A DNA stretch of 27,323 nucleotides from a virus (lineage: Duplodnaviria > Heunggongvirae > Uroviricota > Caudoviricetes): the IMG/VR virus record IMGVR_UViG_2693429713_000014; one strand, written 5' to 3'. The translations under genes were made by a program, and so were the position numbers. Below the pieces are notes generated by a model, which saw only the letters and a program-made list of their open reading frames with translations, made no database searches and was not told the origin of the DNA. Positions 18,572 through 27,323 of this stretch are shown one piece after another. Each line of letters starts with the position of its first letter. Within the stretch, counting starts at the first letter, position 1.

Positions 18572-19132
18572 TCAGGAAGGAAGGGTTATTTCGGTGCGAT
18601 GTTCGATATCGCCGTCAGGCCCGTTACCGGGATCGAGATAATCAACATCAATCGCCAGCGTTCGCAGTTCATCCAGACTGTTCAGCTCATCCTGCTGGCG
18701 GGTATCGTCTTCGGTCAGCTCGCTGATGACCGAAAAATCGAACTGATAAATCAGCTCATGACGATTCAGATCCAGCAGCGTGCCGCCGTCATAGGTAATC
18801 GGGTTACCGCACGCTTCCGGGTTCCAGCCCAGCAGGGCCTTAAAGAGCATCTGCCGGACATCGTCCACCACATCATACGAAGCAAACTGACCGCGCTCAT
18901 CACGCCCGTTACTCAGTATGACAACCACGGAGAAGCCCTCTTTCAGCTCCTGCCAGTAGTCGGTCTGGCTTTTGTTTTCTCCCGGAGAGTCATCACCCGG
19001 TACCACATACGCCGCCGGGAGTCTCAGCTTTCCGACCTCCGGCAGATTTTTGAACTGTGCCGCGCCTGCCACCCGGTTTTCAAAATACGGGCAGCGGGCA
19101 CGCAGCGCAGCAATAACAGGCGTCAGTTTCAT
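18572..19132 (-). CDS. Tail-associated protein (Mu gp37-like position)
   Basis: 186-aa ORF immediately upstream of the sheath module. Confidence 0.5.
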   Translation of the reverse strand: MKLTPVIAALRARCPYFENRVAGAAQFKNLPEVGKLRLPAAYVVPGDDSPGENKSQTDYWQELKEGFSVVVILSNGRDERGQFASYDVVDDVRQMLFKALLGWNPEACGNPITYDGGTLLDLNRHELIYQFDFSVISELTEDDTRQQDELNSLDELRTLAIDVDYLDPGNGPDGDIEHRTEITLPS

Positions 19133-19635
19133 CTGTGTCGTCGCTCCGGCTTCAGTGATTTACGTAATTCCCGCGCCAGAAAATAGCGTGTCCAGCTGCG
19201 GTTCTTTTCAAGCGTTTCCACCATAAAGTTATTACGTGGAGCCAGCCGCCAGCCGCTGCCACCGGATGCACCACGATGATGGCGGCGACGACGCTTTGCC
19301 CCTCGCCTCACGCCATAGAACAAAAAAGCCGGATAAAAATCACCGGTGATGCGGCGGTTTCCCTCACCATTACGCTGGTTAGGGGCTATACGTGCCATAA
19401 AACCGGGGCGATGTTTACTGGCTCTGGGTACCATATAACCAATCGAACGTGCCAGGCGTCCGGTCTGATAACCGGGGTTTTCACCCGGTGCCGACCGCGC
19501 ACGGCGCATCACCAGCCGACGGGCATCACGCATATGACGCTGACCAATCGTGACAAACGCCCGCCGGACACGGGCGCGGTTAAAGCGCATCTCCGCGGGC
19601 TGCTGAAAATCAACGTGCAAAAAGGAAGTCGCCAT
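19129..19635 (-). CDS. Virion morphogenesis / tail completion protein (basic, HK97 gp10-like)
   Basis: 168-aa highly basic ORF in the head-tail joining region. Confidence 0.5.
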   Translation of the reverse strand: MATSFLHVDFQQPAEMRFNRARVRRAFVTIGQRHMRDARRLVMRRARSAPGENPGYQTGRLARSIGYMVPRASKHRPGFMARIAPNQRNGEGNRRITGDFYPAFLFYGVRRGAKRRRRHHRGASGGSGWRLAPRNNFMVETLEKNRSWTRYFLARELRKSLKPERRHR

Positions 19636-20020
19636 TGCTGCCTCCGTGACTCTGCGTAAATTCGCCCAGCTCCGTACACTCCAGCAGCAGAAAGCGCCGC
19701 GCCCCGTTCAGATCGCGCTGACGTTTCACCCGGTACACACTGTCACCGCAGACCACCTCATAATCAGCGGTGATCCCCCAGCGGTAGCGAATGGTGATGT
19801 AATGGGTGATGGCGTCCCCGGTCTGCGCGGTTTCCTGCCAGGTGGTGGCACTGGTCTGGATAACCTTCGCCCATGTCCGGAACGTAACCGGGTATTGAGA
19901 CTCCACGCCAAAGTTATCCGCGGGCATATCCACCCGCTGGCGGATCAGGACGCGTTTATTCAGTTCACCGGGGTCCGGCAGAATGTAGGTTGCGCTGGTC
20001 TGCGCCTGACGAATTTTCAT
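19610..20020 (-). CDS. Head-tail adaptor / head closure protein
   Basis: 136-aa ORF; its ATG overlaps the upstream stop in an ATGA arrangement (20017-20020). Confidence 0.55.
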   Translation of the reverse strand: MKIRQAQTSATYILPDPGELNKRVLIRQRVDMPADNFGVESQYPVTFRTWAKVIQTSATTWQETAQTGDAITHYITIRYRWGITADYEVVCGDSVYRVKRQRDLNGARRFLLLECTELGEFTQSHGGSNGDFLFAR

Positions 20021-20340
20021 TGCGGAAAGTACCTGTACGGGCCGACAAGCCAGCCAAAACTCTGCGGCATGTCGAGTTTCTCCACTTCCGTAACCGACGA
20101 GCGGTTTTCGTAAAAATGGCTGATAAGCATCAGCATCCCCAGACGAATATCATCCGGCAGGTGCAGCCCGTCCGGATCGCTGTCCGGAATGGTTTCATCC
20201 GGTGCATAGAGCTTCCGGTTCAGATACGTTTCCGTCCGCTTTTGTGCCGCACAGGCCAGCAGTTGCAGATGGCGGTCATCAGTATCGAAATCCTCATCCA
20301 GCCGGAGTTGGGCTTTAATCTCTTCCATTGTCAGAAGCAT
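20017..20340 (-). CDS. Head-tail connector protein (gp6-like)
   Basis: 107-aa ORF with agaggg RBS, in the conserved position after the capsid gene. Confidence 0.6.
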   Translation of the reverse strand: MLLTMEEIKAQLRLDEDFDTDDRHLQLLACAAQKRTETYLNRKLYAPDETIPDSDPDGLHLPDDIRLGMLMLISHFYENRSSVTEVEKLDMPQSFGWLVGPYRYFPQ

Positions 20341-20342
20341 GC

Positions 20343-20543
20343 TCAGCCCTCTTTACTGGTCGTGGCTTTTTTCTCTTTTGCCGCTTTACTGCTTTTTGCA
20401 CTGATTCCGCGCTCTGCTAACCCGGCCTGAAGTGCAATCTCCTGCACACGGGCAGGAAGCGCCCCGTCGTCATACTCACCGGCCCGAATGACCTCAACAC
20501 GCATACCGTCCGGTGACCATTTCAGATCTTGTTTCAGGATCAT
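20343..20543 (-). CDS. Small hypothetical protein downstream of the major capsid gene
   Basis: 66-aa ORF with a Lys/Ala/Ser-rich C-terminal tail. Confidence 0.4.
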   Translation of the reverse strand: MILKQDLKWSPDGMRVEVIRAGEYDDGALPARVQEIALQAGLAERGISAKSSKAAKEKKATTSKEG

Positions 20544-20592
20544 GATTCTTCACCCGTCAGAACAGGGGGCGCGGTTCCGCGCCCATGAATGA

Positions 20593-21798
20593 TTACGCCG
20601 CTGCAATCTTCAGCAGTTTGATGGCCTGCGAATCGACCAGCATGCCGCCGGTGCGCTTGGTGGTATAAAAACCGACAAATGGTTTATTGGTGTACGGATC
20701 ACGCAGAATGCGGGTACCGATACGGTCAACGATGGTGTAACCCCGCTTGAAGTTACCAAATGCAATAGCTTTCGCATCAGCGGCGATATCCGGCATCTGT
20801 TCGTTTTCAGCGATACCGTAACCCGCCAGAGAGGACGGTTGCCCCAGCTCCAGCCCCGGACGCCACAGATAGTTACCCTCGGTGTCTTTCAACAGACGGA
20901 TGGCAAACAGGCTGTTGTTGTTCATCATGAACTTCGCGCCAGTGCGGTGTGCCTTACGCAGCGTGTAAATCAGTTTGATAATGGCGTCTGCGGTCACCGT
21001 CGTCGCTTCACCGGATACAATATGCTGAAGTTTACCGAACGCACGAACCTTATCGGTTTCATCGGTGGATTCATACGCCAGGAACCCTTTTGGCTTCTTG
21101 GTGCCATCACCGGTGGTAAAGGCAATTTCTTCCTGTTCAGCAAATTCGGTCGCCAGCTCGCTGTTGATCCAGGCCTCCACGTTGAAGAAGGCATCATCCA
21201 GCATTTTCTGAGTGGCCTGCGGGTTACCGTAGATTTCCCCCATGAAAGGTTCAATCAGTCCCAGTTTTGAGGTGGCAGTCTGGGAGCGCGCGTCAGTCTC
21301 GCCCACCCATCCGGAAGCCGTGCCGCCCAGATTCACCAGTTTTTTGTAGTCGGAACCGCCAACAGTGATCACCGTGGCTTCCTGGCGCATCACCACTTCA
21401 TCTTTCAGCAGGGTGAGAATGTTGCGATCCAGTGCTTCCGGCACGGCATAGCCACCGTCTTCATCGGTGCCCACCTGTAATGCCTTGCGCTCCAGATCGC
21501 GCAGACCGTCTTCACGGCCTTTACGCAGAAAGCCCACAAACGCTTCTTTATGCTCAGTGGCCAGTTTATTTTGCACACCACCTGCCGGACGTTTCAGCTC
21601 AAGCAGCTCTTTTTCAAGGTCGCTTTTGAGATTTTCCAGCTCGCTGAGTTTCCCGTTCAGGGTTTCCACCTGCCCGGCAAGTTTGCCTTTTTCCTGCTCA
21701 ATCGCATCCACGCGCTTGTCGTTCTTTGCCTTGAAGTCGTCAAACTTCTGCTGCAGCTCCTGCGCGACCTGTTCCACATCTTTAATATCAACCGCCAT
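20593..21798 (-). CDS. Major capsid protein (HK97 fold family)
   Basis: 401-aa ORF with an N-terminal coiled-coil-like delta domain followed by the capsid body; directly follows the prohead protease. Confidence 0.9.
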   Translation of the reverse strand: MAVDIKDVEQVAQELQQKFDDFKAKNDKRVDAIEQEKGKLAGQVETLNGKLSELENLKSDLEKELLELKRPAGGVQNKLATEHKEAFVGFLRKGREDGLRDLERKALQVGTDEDGGYAVPEALDRNILTLLKDEVVMRQEATVITVGGSDYKKLVNLGGTASGWVGETDARSQTATSKLGLIEPFMGEIYGNPQATQKMLDDAFFNVEAWINSELATEFAEQEEIAFTTGDGTKKPKGFLAYESTDETDKVRAFGKLQHIVSGEATTVTADAIIKLIYTLRKAHRTGAKFMMNNNSLFAIRLLKDTEGNYLWRPGLELGQPSSLAGYGIAENEQMPDIAADAKAIAFGNFKRGYTIVDRIGTRILRDPYTNKPFVGFYTTKRTGGMLVDSQAIKLLKIAAA

Positions 21799-21812
21799 CG
21801 TATTTCTCCTGA

Positions 21813-22463
21813 TTAGAAGTTCAGATTTTTCAGTGCATTCAGTGCAGAGCCCACATCCTCAGCGTCGCGCAGGGACAGTGCGCCATAGCCCCCGGCCATG
21901 AATGCTTTGGCCTGGGTACGGGAGAGTCCGACATCACGCAGGACTCTTTCGATTTTTTTCTGTTCAGGGATTTCCCCGCGGGCCAGCGCGTTCTTGACGT
22001 CGCTGATCCGCGCCTCGTCGTTAGACGGAAACGTCACCAGACTGACTTCCCAGAGGTCGATTTCTTTCAGCAAAAAGGCTTCTTTCGTCCGGTCGTATTC
22101 CCAGTCTTTCAGGACGTACCCAATAGAAAGGCCGGTTAACGAACCGGCCTTCATGTGTGCATGTGCGCGTTTTGCCAGGGGATCATCATCAATGAGCAAC
22201 CGCCCCCTGACGTAAAGCCCGACATCGTCTTCCTTCATTTCGGTGTAAACTCCGATGGGCTCATCCATGCGGTGCTGCCAGAGCAGCGCAGGTAACGCTT
22301 TTCTGTCACTCCACGCCCGCAGGGAAGCAGCAAATGCCCCGGACATCACCACATCATCGTGGCTGTCCTTTACACCAAAGACGGAGCCATACCCTTCAAA
22401 CTCACCGGAGTCACTGACAGATTTCAGACTCAGCGGTACATCAAGACGTTGTTTCGTCTGCAT
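21813..22463 (-). CDS. Prohead protease (HK97 family)
   Basis: Start set at the internal Met (22463) with an AAGGA RBS; the track start at 22499 has none. Confidence 0.8.
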   Translation of the reverse strand: MQTKQRLDVPLSLKSVSDSGEFEGYGSVFGVKDSHDDVVMSGAFAASLRAWSDRKALPALLWQHRMDEPIGVYTEMKEDDVGLYVRGRLLIDDDPLAKRAHAHMKAGSLTGLSIGYVLKDWEYDRTKEAFLLKEIDLWEVSLVTFPSNDEARISDVKNALARGEIPEQKKIERVLRDVGLSRTQAKAFMAGGYGALSLRDAEDVGSALNALKNLNF

Positions 22464-23682
22464 TGGCGTTATCCTTCTGCTTACCGGCTTTACTGCCATC
22501 GGAGGGTTTCGTGGTCATGTTCATCGGTGTGAGATAGACATCACCACCGGGACGCGGATTCATATCTTCCAGGTCGCGGCAGTCATTGGGAGAGTAAATT
22601 CCCCAGTTGATCCCGGTGGCGTAGGCTTCAAAACGGGACTTCATATCCCCGCGCAGTAACGCCCCGGCGTTAAATTTGGCGTAATAAACGCCCTGCTTAC
22701 TTTTTCGTACCAGTCCGGTGTTGATCCGCTGTTCGATGCGGGTCAGATACGGCACCAGTGAATAGTTGATAAATCCGAGCCCCAGTTCTTCGATATTGTT
22801 GAAGGTGGCGCGATCGGTGTTCTGCACCATGTGCAACGGTACCCGGAACAGACGACAGATTTCTTCAAGCTGAAACTTGCGGGTTTCCAGGAACTGGCTG
22901 TCCTCGGCGTTCAGCGCCATCGACTTCCAGTCCAGCCCCATCTCAAGGATCATCGGGCGGTGAGCATTGCCAAGCCCGGTGTGACGCTCCTCAAAATCTT
23001 TCTTCAGGCGCTCATAAGCCTGATCTGACAGCGTCTGCTCTGTACGCAACACACCCGACGTCACCGCACCATTGCTGAACAGTCTGGCCCCGTGCTCTTC
23101 AGTCGCTGCCGCCAGCGATATTGCCTCGCGGGCATAGGCGATGGGATTCAGCCCCACCAGTCCGTCCAGCGTCAGCGTGCGCACATGCCAGATATCCTCC
23201 TGGCTCAGCACATCCGTGGAGCCGTCCGGGAATGTGACCTGATAGACCGGCTCCCAGCTACTGTTAAGCTTCGGTACCACACAGCCGGGATCGACGGGCA
23301 GCAGTTCAGCCACTTCGCCAAATGCTTTCACTTTGTAGGCGTAAAAGTTTCCCCTCAGGCACAGACAGGTGACCACCAGCTCCCAGAACTCCTGCGGCGT
23401 CATATAGCCATTGGGATGCGTGGAGATCAGCTTATGCAGACGTTCGCCGGTGGCTCTCTGCTTCAGGCTGCCGTTCAGGTGATACAGATTGCAGGGCAAC
23501 ATCCCGACCGACTCTGCCAGCACTCTGACGCAGGAAAAAACCGCCGTCAGTCGCATGGCCCGCTGACTGCTGATCTGCTTTCCGGTATAGGTGTCGTAGG
23601 ACAACCCGATGGCATCCGCCAGCTCTGCTGGCGTGGTCACCGGTGCGTCACTTTTTCGTTGAAATAATCCCGAAAAGAACAC
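22441..23682 (-). CDS. Portal protein (HK97 family)
   Basis: 413-aa ORF between terminase and protease. Confidence 0.9.
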   Translation of the reverse strand: MFFSGLFQRKSDAPVTTPAELADAIGLSYDTYTGKQISSQRAMRLTAVFSCVRVLAESVGMLPCNLYHLNGSLKQRATGERLHKLISTHPNGYMTPQEFWELVVTCLCLRGNFYAYKVKAFGEVAELLPVDPGCVVPKLNSSWEPVYQVTFPDGSTDVLSQEDIWHVRTLTLDGLVGLNPIAYAREAISLAAATEEHGARLFSNGAVTSGVLRTEQTLSDQAYERLKKDFEERHTGLGNAHRPMILEMGLDWKSMALNAEDSQFLETRKFQLEEICRLFRVPLHMVQNTDRATFNNIEELGLGFINYSLVPYLTRIEQRINTGLVRKSKQGVYYAKFNAGALLRGDMKSRFEAYATGINWGIYSPNDCRDLEDMNPRPGGDVYLTPMNMTTKPSDGSKAGKQKDNANADETTS

Positions 23683-23864
23683 TATTTACCTCCGCCGACA
23701 GACGGCTGTGTACGGTCGAGATATCGCGCCACCAGCCACGACCAGAACAGGCACAACGCCCCGGCAACAACAAACCCCGCCGGGGGATAAATCAGCCAGG
23801 CACCATACGCCAGCAAAAGCGCCCCCAGCACGCCCACCAGAGGCGCGAGAATCAGCATGATCAT
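23682..23864 (-). CDS. Small membrane protein (two predicted transmembrane segments)
   Basis: 60-aa hydrophobic ORF between terminase large subunit and portal. Confidence 0.4.
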   Translation of the reverse strand: MIMLILAPLVGVLGALLLAYGAWLIYPPAGFVVAGALCLFWSWLVARYLDRTQPSVGGGK

Positions 23865-23875
23865 AATTACCTCAG

Positions 23876-25609
23876 TTAAAGCGAGCGGATCCCATAGGAC
23901 TCAATGTGGTCAGACAGCGTGTCTTCTTTCTCGTACAGCATGGCTCTGCCAACCGCCATAATCAGCGCAACTGCACCATCGATTTTGTTTTCCGCCTGCT
24001 CTTTGACGGGCTTCACCACATCATCGTTACCCGGAATGGTTTTGCCGACCACGTTGCCAATACACCAGGTCATGATGGGATTGCCATCATGATGAAAGCG
24101 CCCCGATTCAATTGCCGCTTCCAGCTCTTTCATCGGGTCGGACATGTTGGTGTAGTTCTGAATGATAGTGATGGGGTTCAGGTCTTCATCAGCAAGGTCA
24201 TGTGACAACCCGGTCGCCCCGAAGGGGTCGATGGGTGACTCACTGACCGGACTGATTTTGTTCGCCGCTTTGGCCTCCTCGAGGATGTAGCGATAATCCA
24301 CCTCCGCACCATCGGTAACGGTCAGAACGCCCATTTCCACCCATTTCTGAAAGCGTTCGGCTGTCCGGCGATCTTCATTTTTCTCGACGCTGTACACCGT
24401 GTCATACGGTACCCAGAAACGCGGGGCCACACTGTAGTAATGCGTTTTACCGTCAATCTCGCGGGTATAAAGTCGCGCCATGCTGTTCATATCCAGCTTA
24501 CGCGCCAGGTCAAAGGCCAGAATGCACGGCTGCCCCTCGAACTGCTCAAGAGTCAGTGATTTATCCTCGCAGCTCTGCCAGCTCACCAGGTTGAAATACG
24601 CCGAACGCGCCGACACCCAGATATTGAGGTGTTTTGTTTTAAAGACGTTTGCCAGACGGGCGTTATTTTTCGCACGCTGCTGCTGACTTAACAAAAATTC
24701 GCGATAAACCGACACGCCAATATTCGGGTTAGCTTTTTCCAGCACCTGCGGGTCGGTCCAGTCATCGCCTTCGTCAACGGTATAGATGATCCCGAACAGT
24801 TCATCGTTGGGTACCGACCCGTTGAGCATCTCGATAACTTCCCGTCGCTTGTCGTAGCACGGCCCCTCAATGTTGTACCCGGCAGTAGTAATGGCCCACA
24901 TCAGTGGCTGACGTCGCGCCCCCATCCCGGTAAGCATCGTGGTGTAAAGCGCATCGGTGGCGTGCTCGTGATATTCATCCACCACCGCACAGTGGGGTGA
25001 TGAACCATCACCGGGGTTACCGATCAGCGGTTCAAACCGCGCGCCATCCTCCGGACGATTCATGTTTGAGGCGTTAACCTCAATCCCGAACGCTTCCGTC
25101 AGCATGGGTGTGCGTTTACACATCAGTCGCGCCGGGCGAAAGACTTCCCACGCCTGTTTCTCTGTCGTGGCACCGGAATACACTTCCGCGCCAAACTCGT
25201 TATCACAGGCAAAACAATACAGGGCAACACCGGCAGAGATTGCCGATTTGCCGTTCTTACGGGGGATTTCGGTATACACCTCCCGGAAGCGGCGCAGCCG
25301 GGACCCTTTATTGACCCAGCCAAACGCACAGCAGACCACAAATAGCTGCCACGGCTCCAGCGTGATGGGCATCCTCTTGAATGCCCACTCACCCTTGGTG
25401 TGCGGCAACAGCTGAATAAATTTGGCGGCCCGTTCAGCCAGGTCCTTGTCGAAGCGGTAACGAAACGACTTACTTTTTTCCGCCATCAGGTCATCAAGAT
25501 GGCGCTGGCAGGCCTGAATCACAAACTGGCAGGCCACAATCTTTCCGCGCACAACATCACGGGCATACTGATTGGCAGCATTTACGTTGGGGTAAGATTT
25601 CCGGCTCAT
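23876..25609 (-). CDS. Terminase large subunit
   Basis: 577-aa ORF with ATPase-like motifs and a C-terminal nuclease region, in the conserved position. Confidence 0.9.
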   Translation of the reverse strand: MSRKSYPNVNAANQYARDVVRGKIVACQFVIQACQRHLDDLMAEKSKSFRYRFDKDLAERAAKFIQLLPHTKGEWAFKRMPITLEPWQLFVVCCAFGWVNKGSRLRRFREVYTEIPRKNGKSAISAGVALYCFACDNEFGAEVYSGATTEKQAWEVFRPARLMCKRTPMLTEAFGIEVNASNMNRPEDGARFEPLIGNPGDGSSPHCAVVDEYHEHATDALYTTMLTGMGARRQPLMWAITTAGYNIEGPCYDKRREVIEMLNGSVPNDELFGIIYTVDEGDDWTDPQVLEKANPNIGVSVYREFLLSQQQRAKNNARLANVFKTKHLNIWVSARSAYFNLVSWQSCEDKSLTLEQFEGQPCILAFDLARKLDMNSMARLYTREIDGKTHYYSVAPRFWVPYDTVYSVEKNEDRRTAERFQKWVEMGVLTVTDGAEVDYRYILEEAKAANKISPVSESPIDPFGATGLSHDLADEDLNPITIIQNYTNMSDPMKELEAAIESGRFHHDGNPIMTWCIGNVVGKTIPGNDDVVKPVKEQAENKIDGAVALIMAVGRAMLYEKEDTLSDHIESYGIRSL

Positions 25610-26100
25610 GACTCGATGATTTTCAGAAACGGGTTAGTGGCTTTCTTCTGCCCCGCCAGGCCAATCAGACGCTGGCGGCTGCTGGGGTCGAGTCCGAGCA
25701 TTGCCCCCGTGCTGCTCATCTCGGACTCCTGTTCTTTTTTGGCGGTCAGCTCCGGATTTTTGACCCTGCCGCCCATTGCACCGGTGATGGTGTTGCCCTG
25801 TCTGGCAATATTTTTCACGGCACGCCGCCAGAACTCATAGGCCACACACCACCGCTCAAGCACCGCAAGGTCAGTCACGCACAGCAGGCCCTGACCGCAG
25901 AGTTCTTTGGTTGTCAGTTGCCACATGATCGTGGCGAGAGGGAGATCTTCTTCAGCGAACCACTCCGGTGGCTCAACACCTTTGATGGGCGTAAAAACAG
26001 GTTCATCTTTATTCAGGGCTCGCTTGCCGGGGTTTCCGGCCAGCGCCTTGCGCGCCGTTGGCTTGGGGCGACGCCCGGAACGCCCCGCCGTTCCAGCCAT
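25606..26100 (-). CDS. Terminase small subunit
   Basis: Overlaps the large-subunit start. ATG at 26100 has AGGAG upstream; the track start at 26109 is GTG. Confidence 0.7.
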   Translation of the reverse strand: MAGTAGRSGRRPKPTARKALAGNPGKRALNKDEPVFTPIKGVEPPEWFAEEDLPLATIMWQLTTKELCGQGLLCVTDLAVLERWCVAYEFWRRAVKNIARQGNTITGAMGGRVKNPELTAKKEQESEMSSTGAMLGLDPSSRQRLIGLAGQKKATNPFLKIIES

Positions 26101-26109
26101 ATGCGGCAC

Positions 26110-26225
26110 TCCTGGTTAAATTTCATTTTTCGCGGGTATAAAAAAACGATGGGGCGGGCAGTCCGGAAGACGTCAGGTCACAGGGATTTGACCCGCCCCT
26201 CCCCTCTGGCAGTGGGAACTGGTTC
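26110..26225. other. Candidate cos region between HNH and terminase small subunit
   Basis: Position matches HK97-like genomes (HNH - cos - terS). Contains the 8-bp inverted repeat ggggcggg (26151-26158) / cccgcccc (26192-26199) and a G-rich segment ggggcgggcagtcc. Confidence 0.3.
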
Positions 26226-26576
26226 TTACTTCAGCCGTTCACGGGCCGTCTTCGCCTTATGACACGGCCAGCACAAACTCTGCAGATTACTGTCGACATC
26301 AGTGCCGCCATGCGATTTAGGGTTGATGTGGTCAACGGTCTTCGCCTCACGCACCACACCAGCACGCAGACATAACTGACACAGGCCTTTGTCACGCTTG
26401 AGCACACGTTCACGGATAACATCCCATTTCGAACCATAACCGCGCTGGTGTCGGGACTGGCCCGGCTTGTATTGTTTCCAGCCTTCGCTTTTGTGGCTTT
26501 CGCAATAGCCTGACGGGTCAGTCGTGGTATGGCGGCAGCCGCGAACACGGCAGGCTTTTGGGATTCGTGATGGCAT
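26226..26576 (-). CDS. HNH endonuclease (terminase-associated, HK97 gp74-like)
   Basis: Canonical motifs CQLC...VDHINP...N...CWPCHKAK. Start at 26576 with GGAG five nt upstream. Confidence 0.85.
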   Translation of the reverse strand: MPSRIPKACRVRGCRHTTTDPSGYCESHKSEGWKQYKPGQSRHQRGYGSKWDVIRERVLKRDKGLCQLCLRAGVVREAKTVDHINPKSHGGTDVDSNLQSLCWPCHKAKTARERLK

Positions 26577-26798
26577 ATGTACTCCAATGAAGAAGCCACC
26601 GACATAGCCTCCTCCATTCATCGTGAAACTATTTTCATCTACGCAGTCATGAATTCTTTGTAGAGTTGTGATCAATACAACTCACTAATGGAGAGGCTTG
26701 TCCAACACGTTGGACAAGTTTCCTGTTTGATTTACTGGACACTATAGAAGGACAGAATGCCTTCCTCACTCGAATAACATCAATTAAGGAGGTTCAAC

Positions 26799-26921
26799 AT
26801 GTTTCATTCCACAAATCATCAGGCTGTAATTATGGCTGCATCAGTTTGTGCCACAGACCTTTTCCGCTTCACTTTGAGCCTGATTCATTTCTACCTGACC
26901 GGCTCGCCTCTATCTTTTTAA
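26799..26921 (+). CDS. Small ORF (40 aa) with strong Shine-Dalgarno, upstream of bor
   Basis: AAGGAGG at 26786-26792, seven nt before the ATG. Encodes MFHSTNHQAVIMAASVCATDLFRFTLSLIHFYLTGSPLSF. Below the track length cut-off. Confidence 0.35.
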   Translation: MFHSTNHQAVIMAASVCATDLFRFTLSLIHFYLTGSPLSF

Positions 26922-27101
26922 TCCCCGCTTTATCCAAATTGCATTGCCAGAATGCCGACAACAGACTGACATTCAAATCCTGACTACCTCCAATAGTCTG
27001 ACCGTACACCTATATAGTTTTAATTTTCATCAATCCATTTAACTATCGTTTAATTGTTGTCACATAGGATTCTGCCGTTTTTAACAATGCAGGATAATAA
27101 G

Positions 27102-27323
27102 ATGAAAAAAATGTTGTTTTCTGCCGCTCTGGCAATGCTTATTACAGGATGTGCTCAACAGACGTTTACTGTTGGAAACAAACCGACAGCAGTAACACCA
27201 AAGGAAACCATCACCCATCATTTCTTCGTTTCGGGAATTGGACAGGAGAAAACTGTTGATGCAGCCAAAATTTGTGGCGGCGCAGAAAATGTTGTTAAAA
27301 CAGAAACCCAGCAAACATTCGTA
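27102..27323 (+). CDS. bor: Bor lipoprotein (lambda Bor / Iss family), 3'-truncated by window end
   Basis: MKKMLFSAALAMLITGCAQQTFTV...ICGGAENVVKTETQQTFV closely matches recalled lambda Bor, including the lipobox LITGC. AGGA RBS. Confidence 0.85.
   Translation, partial: MKKMLFSAALAMLITGCAQQTFTVGNKPTAVTPKETITHHFFVSGIGQEKTVDAAKICGGAENVVKTETQQTFV

Noticed and set aside
13073-23667. Numerous 60-190-aa track ORFs antisense to or nested within the tail and head genes (for example 13073..13570, 17186..17602, 18599..19186, 19646..20113, 20839..21270, 23092..23667)
   Set aside because: They overlap long, syntenic structural genes on the opposite strand or in other frames, and their high GC explains the open frames. 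No independent support.
27081-27314. 77-aa minus-strand ORF from the track
   Set aside because: It is antisense to the strongly supported bor gene.

Overview
The window reads as the junction between an E. coli-type chromosome and a large prophage integrated at the 3' end of icd (the e14 position), in reverse-complement orientation relative to K-12. Positions 1-1526 are chromosomal flank (a YcgX-like ORF and iraM). A minus-strand icd 3' fragment (1527-1694, icdC-like) marks the prophage end, and the prophage then runs past the window end. From the icd fragment inward it contains: (i) an AT-rich cargo region (about 1700-4700) with two unrecognised proteins and two direct repeats carrying tRNA-Pro 3' fragments; (ii) a DNA-damage cluster (SRAP/YedK-like, UmuD'-like with a (CTGG)8 microsatellite, a small unknown ORF, DinI-like, two putative LexA boxes); (iii) a Pin-type invertase with an invertible tail-fibre segment; (iv) a Mu-like contractile tail and baseplate module, including a -1 frameshift chaperone and a 63-N gap inside the hub gene; (v) an HK97-like head module with terminase, an HNH endonuclease and a candidate cos region; (vi) a bor lipoprotein moron truncated by the window end. 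The best candidate for an undescribed system is the AT-rich cargo at 2136-4393, which sits where e14 carries mcrA. All calls rest on reading the sequence and recalled family signatures; no searches were run.
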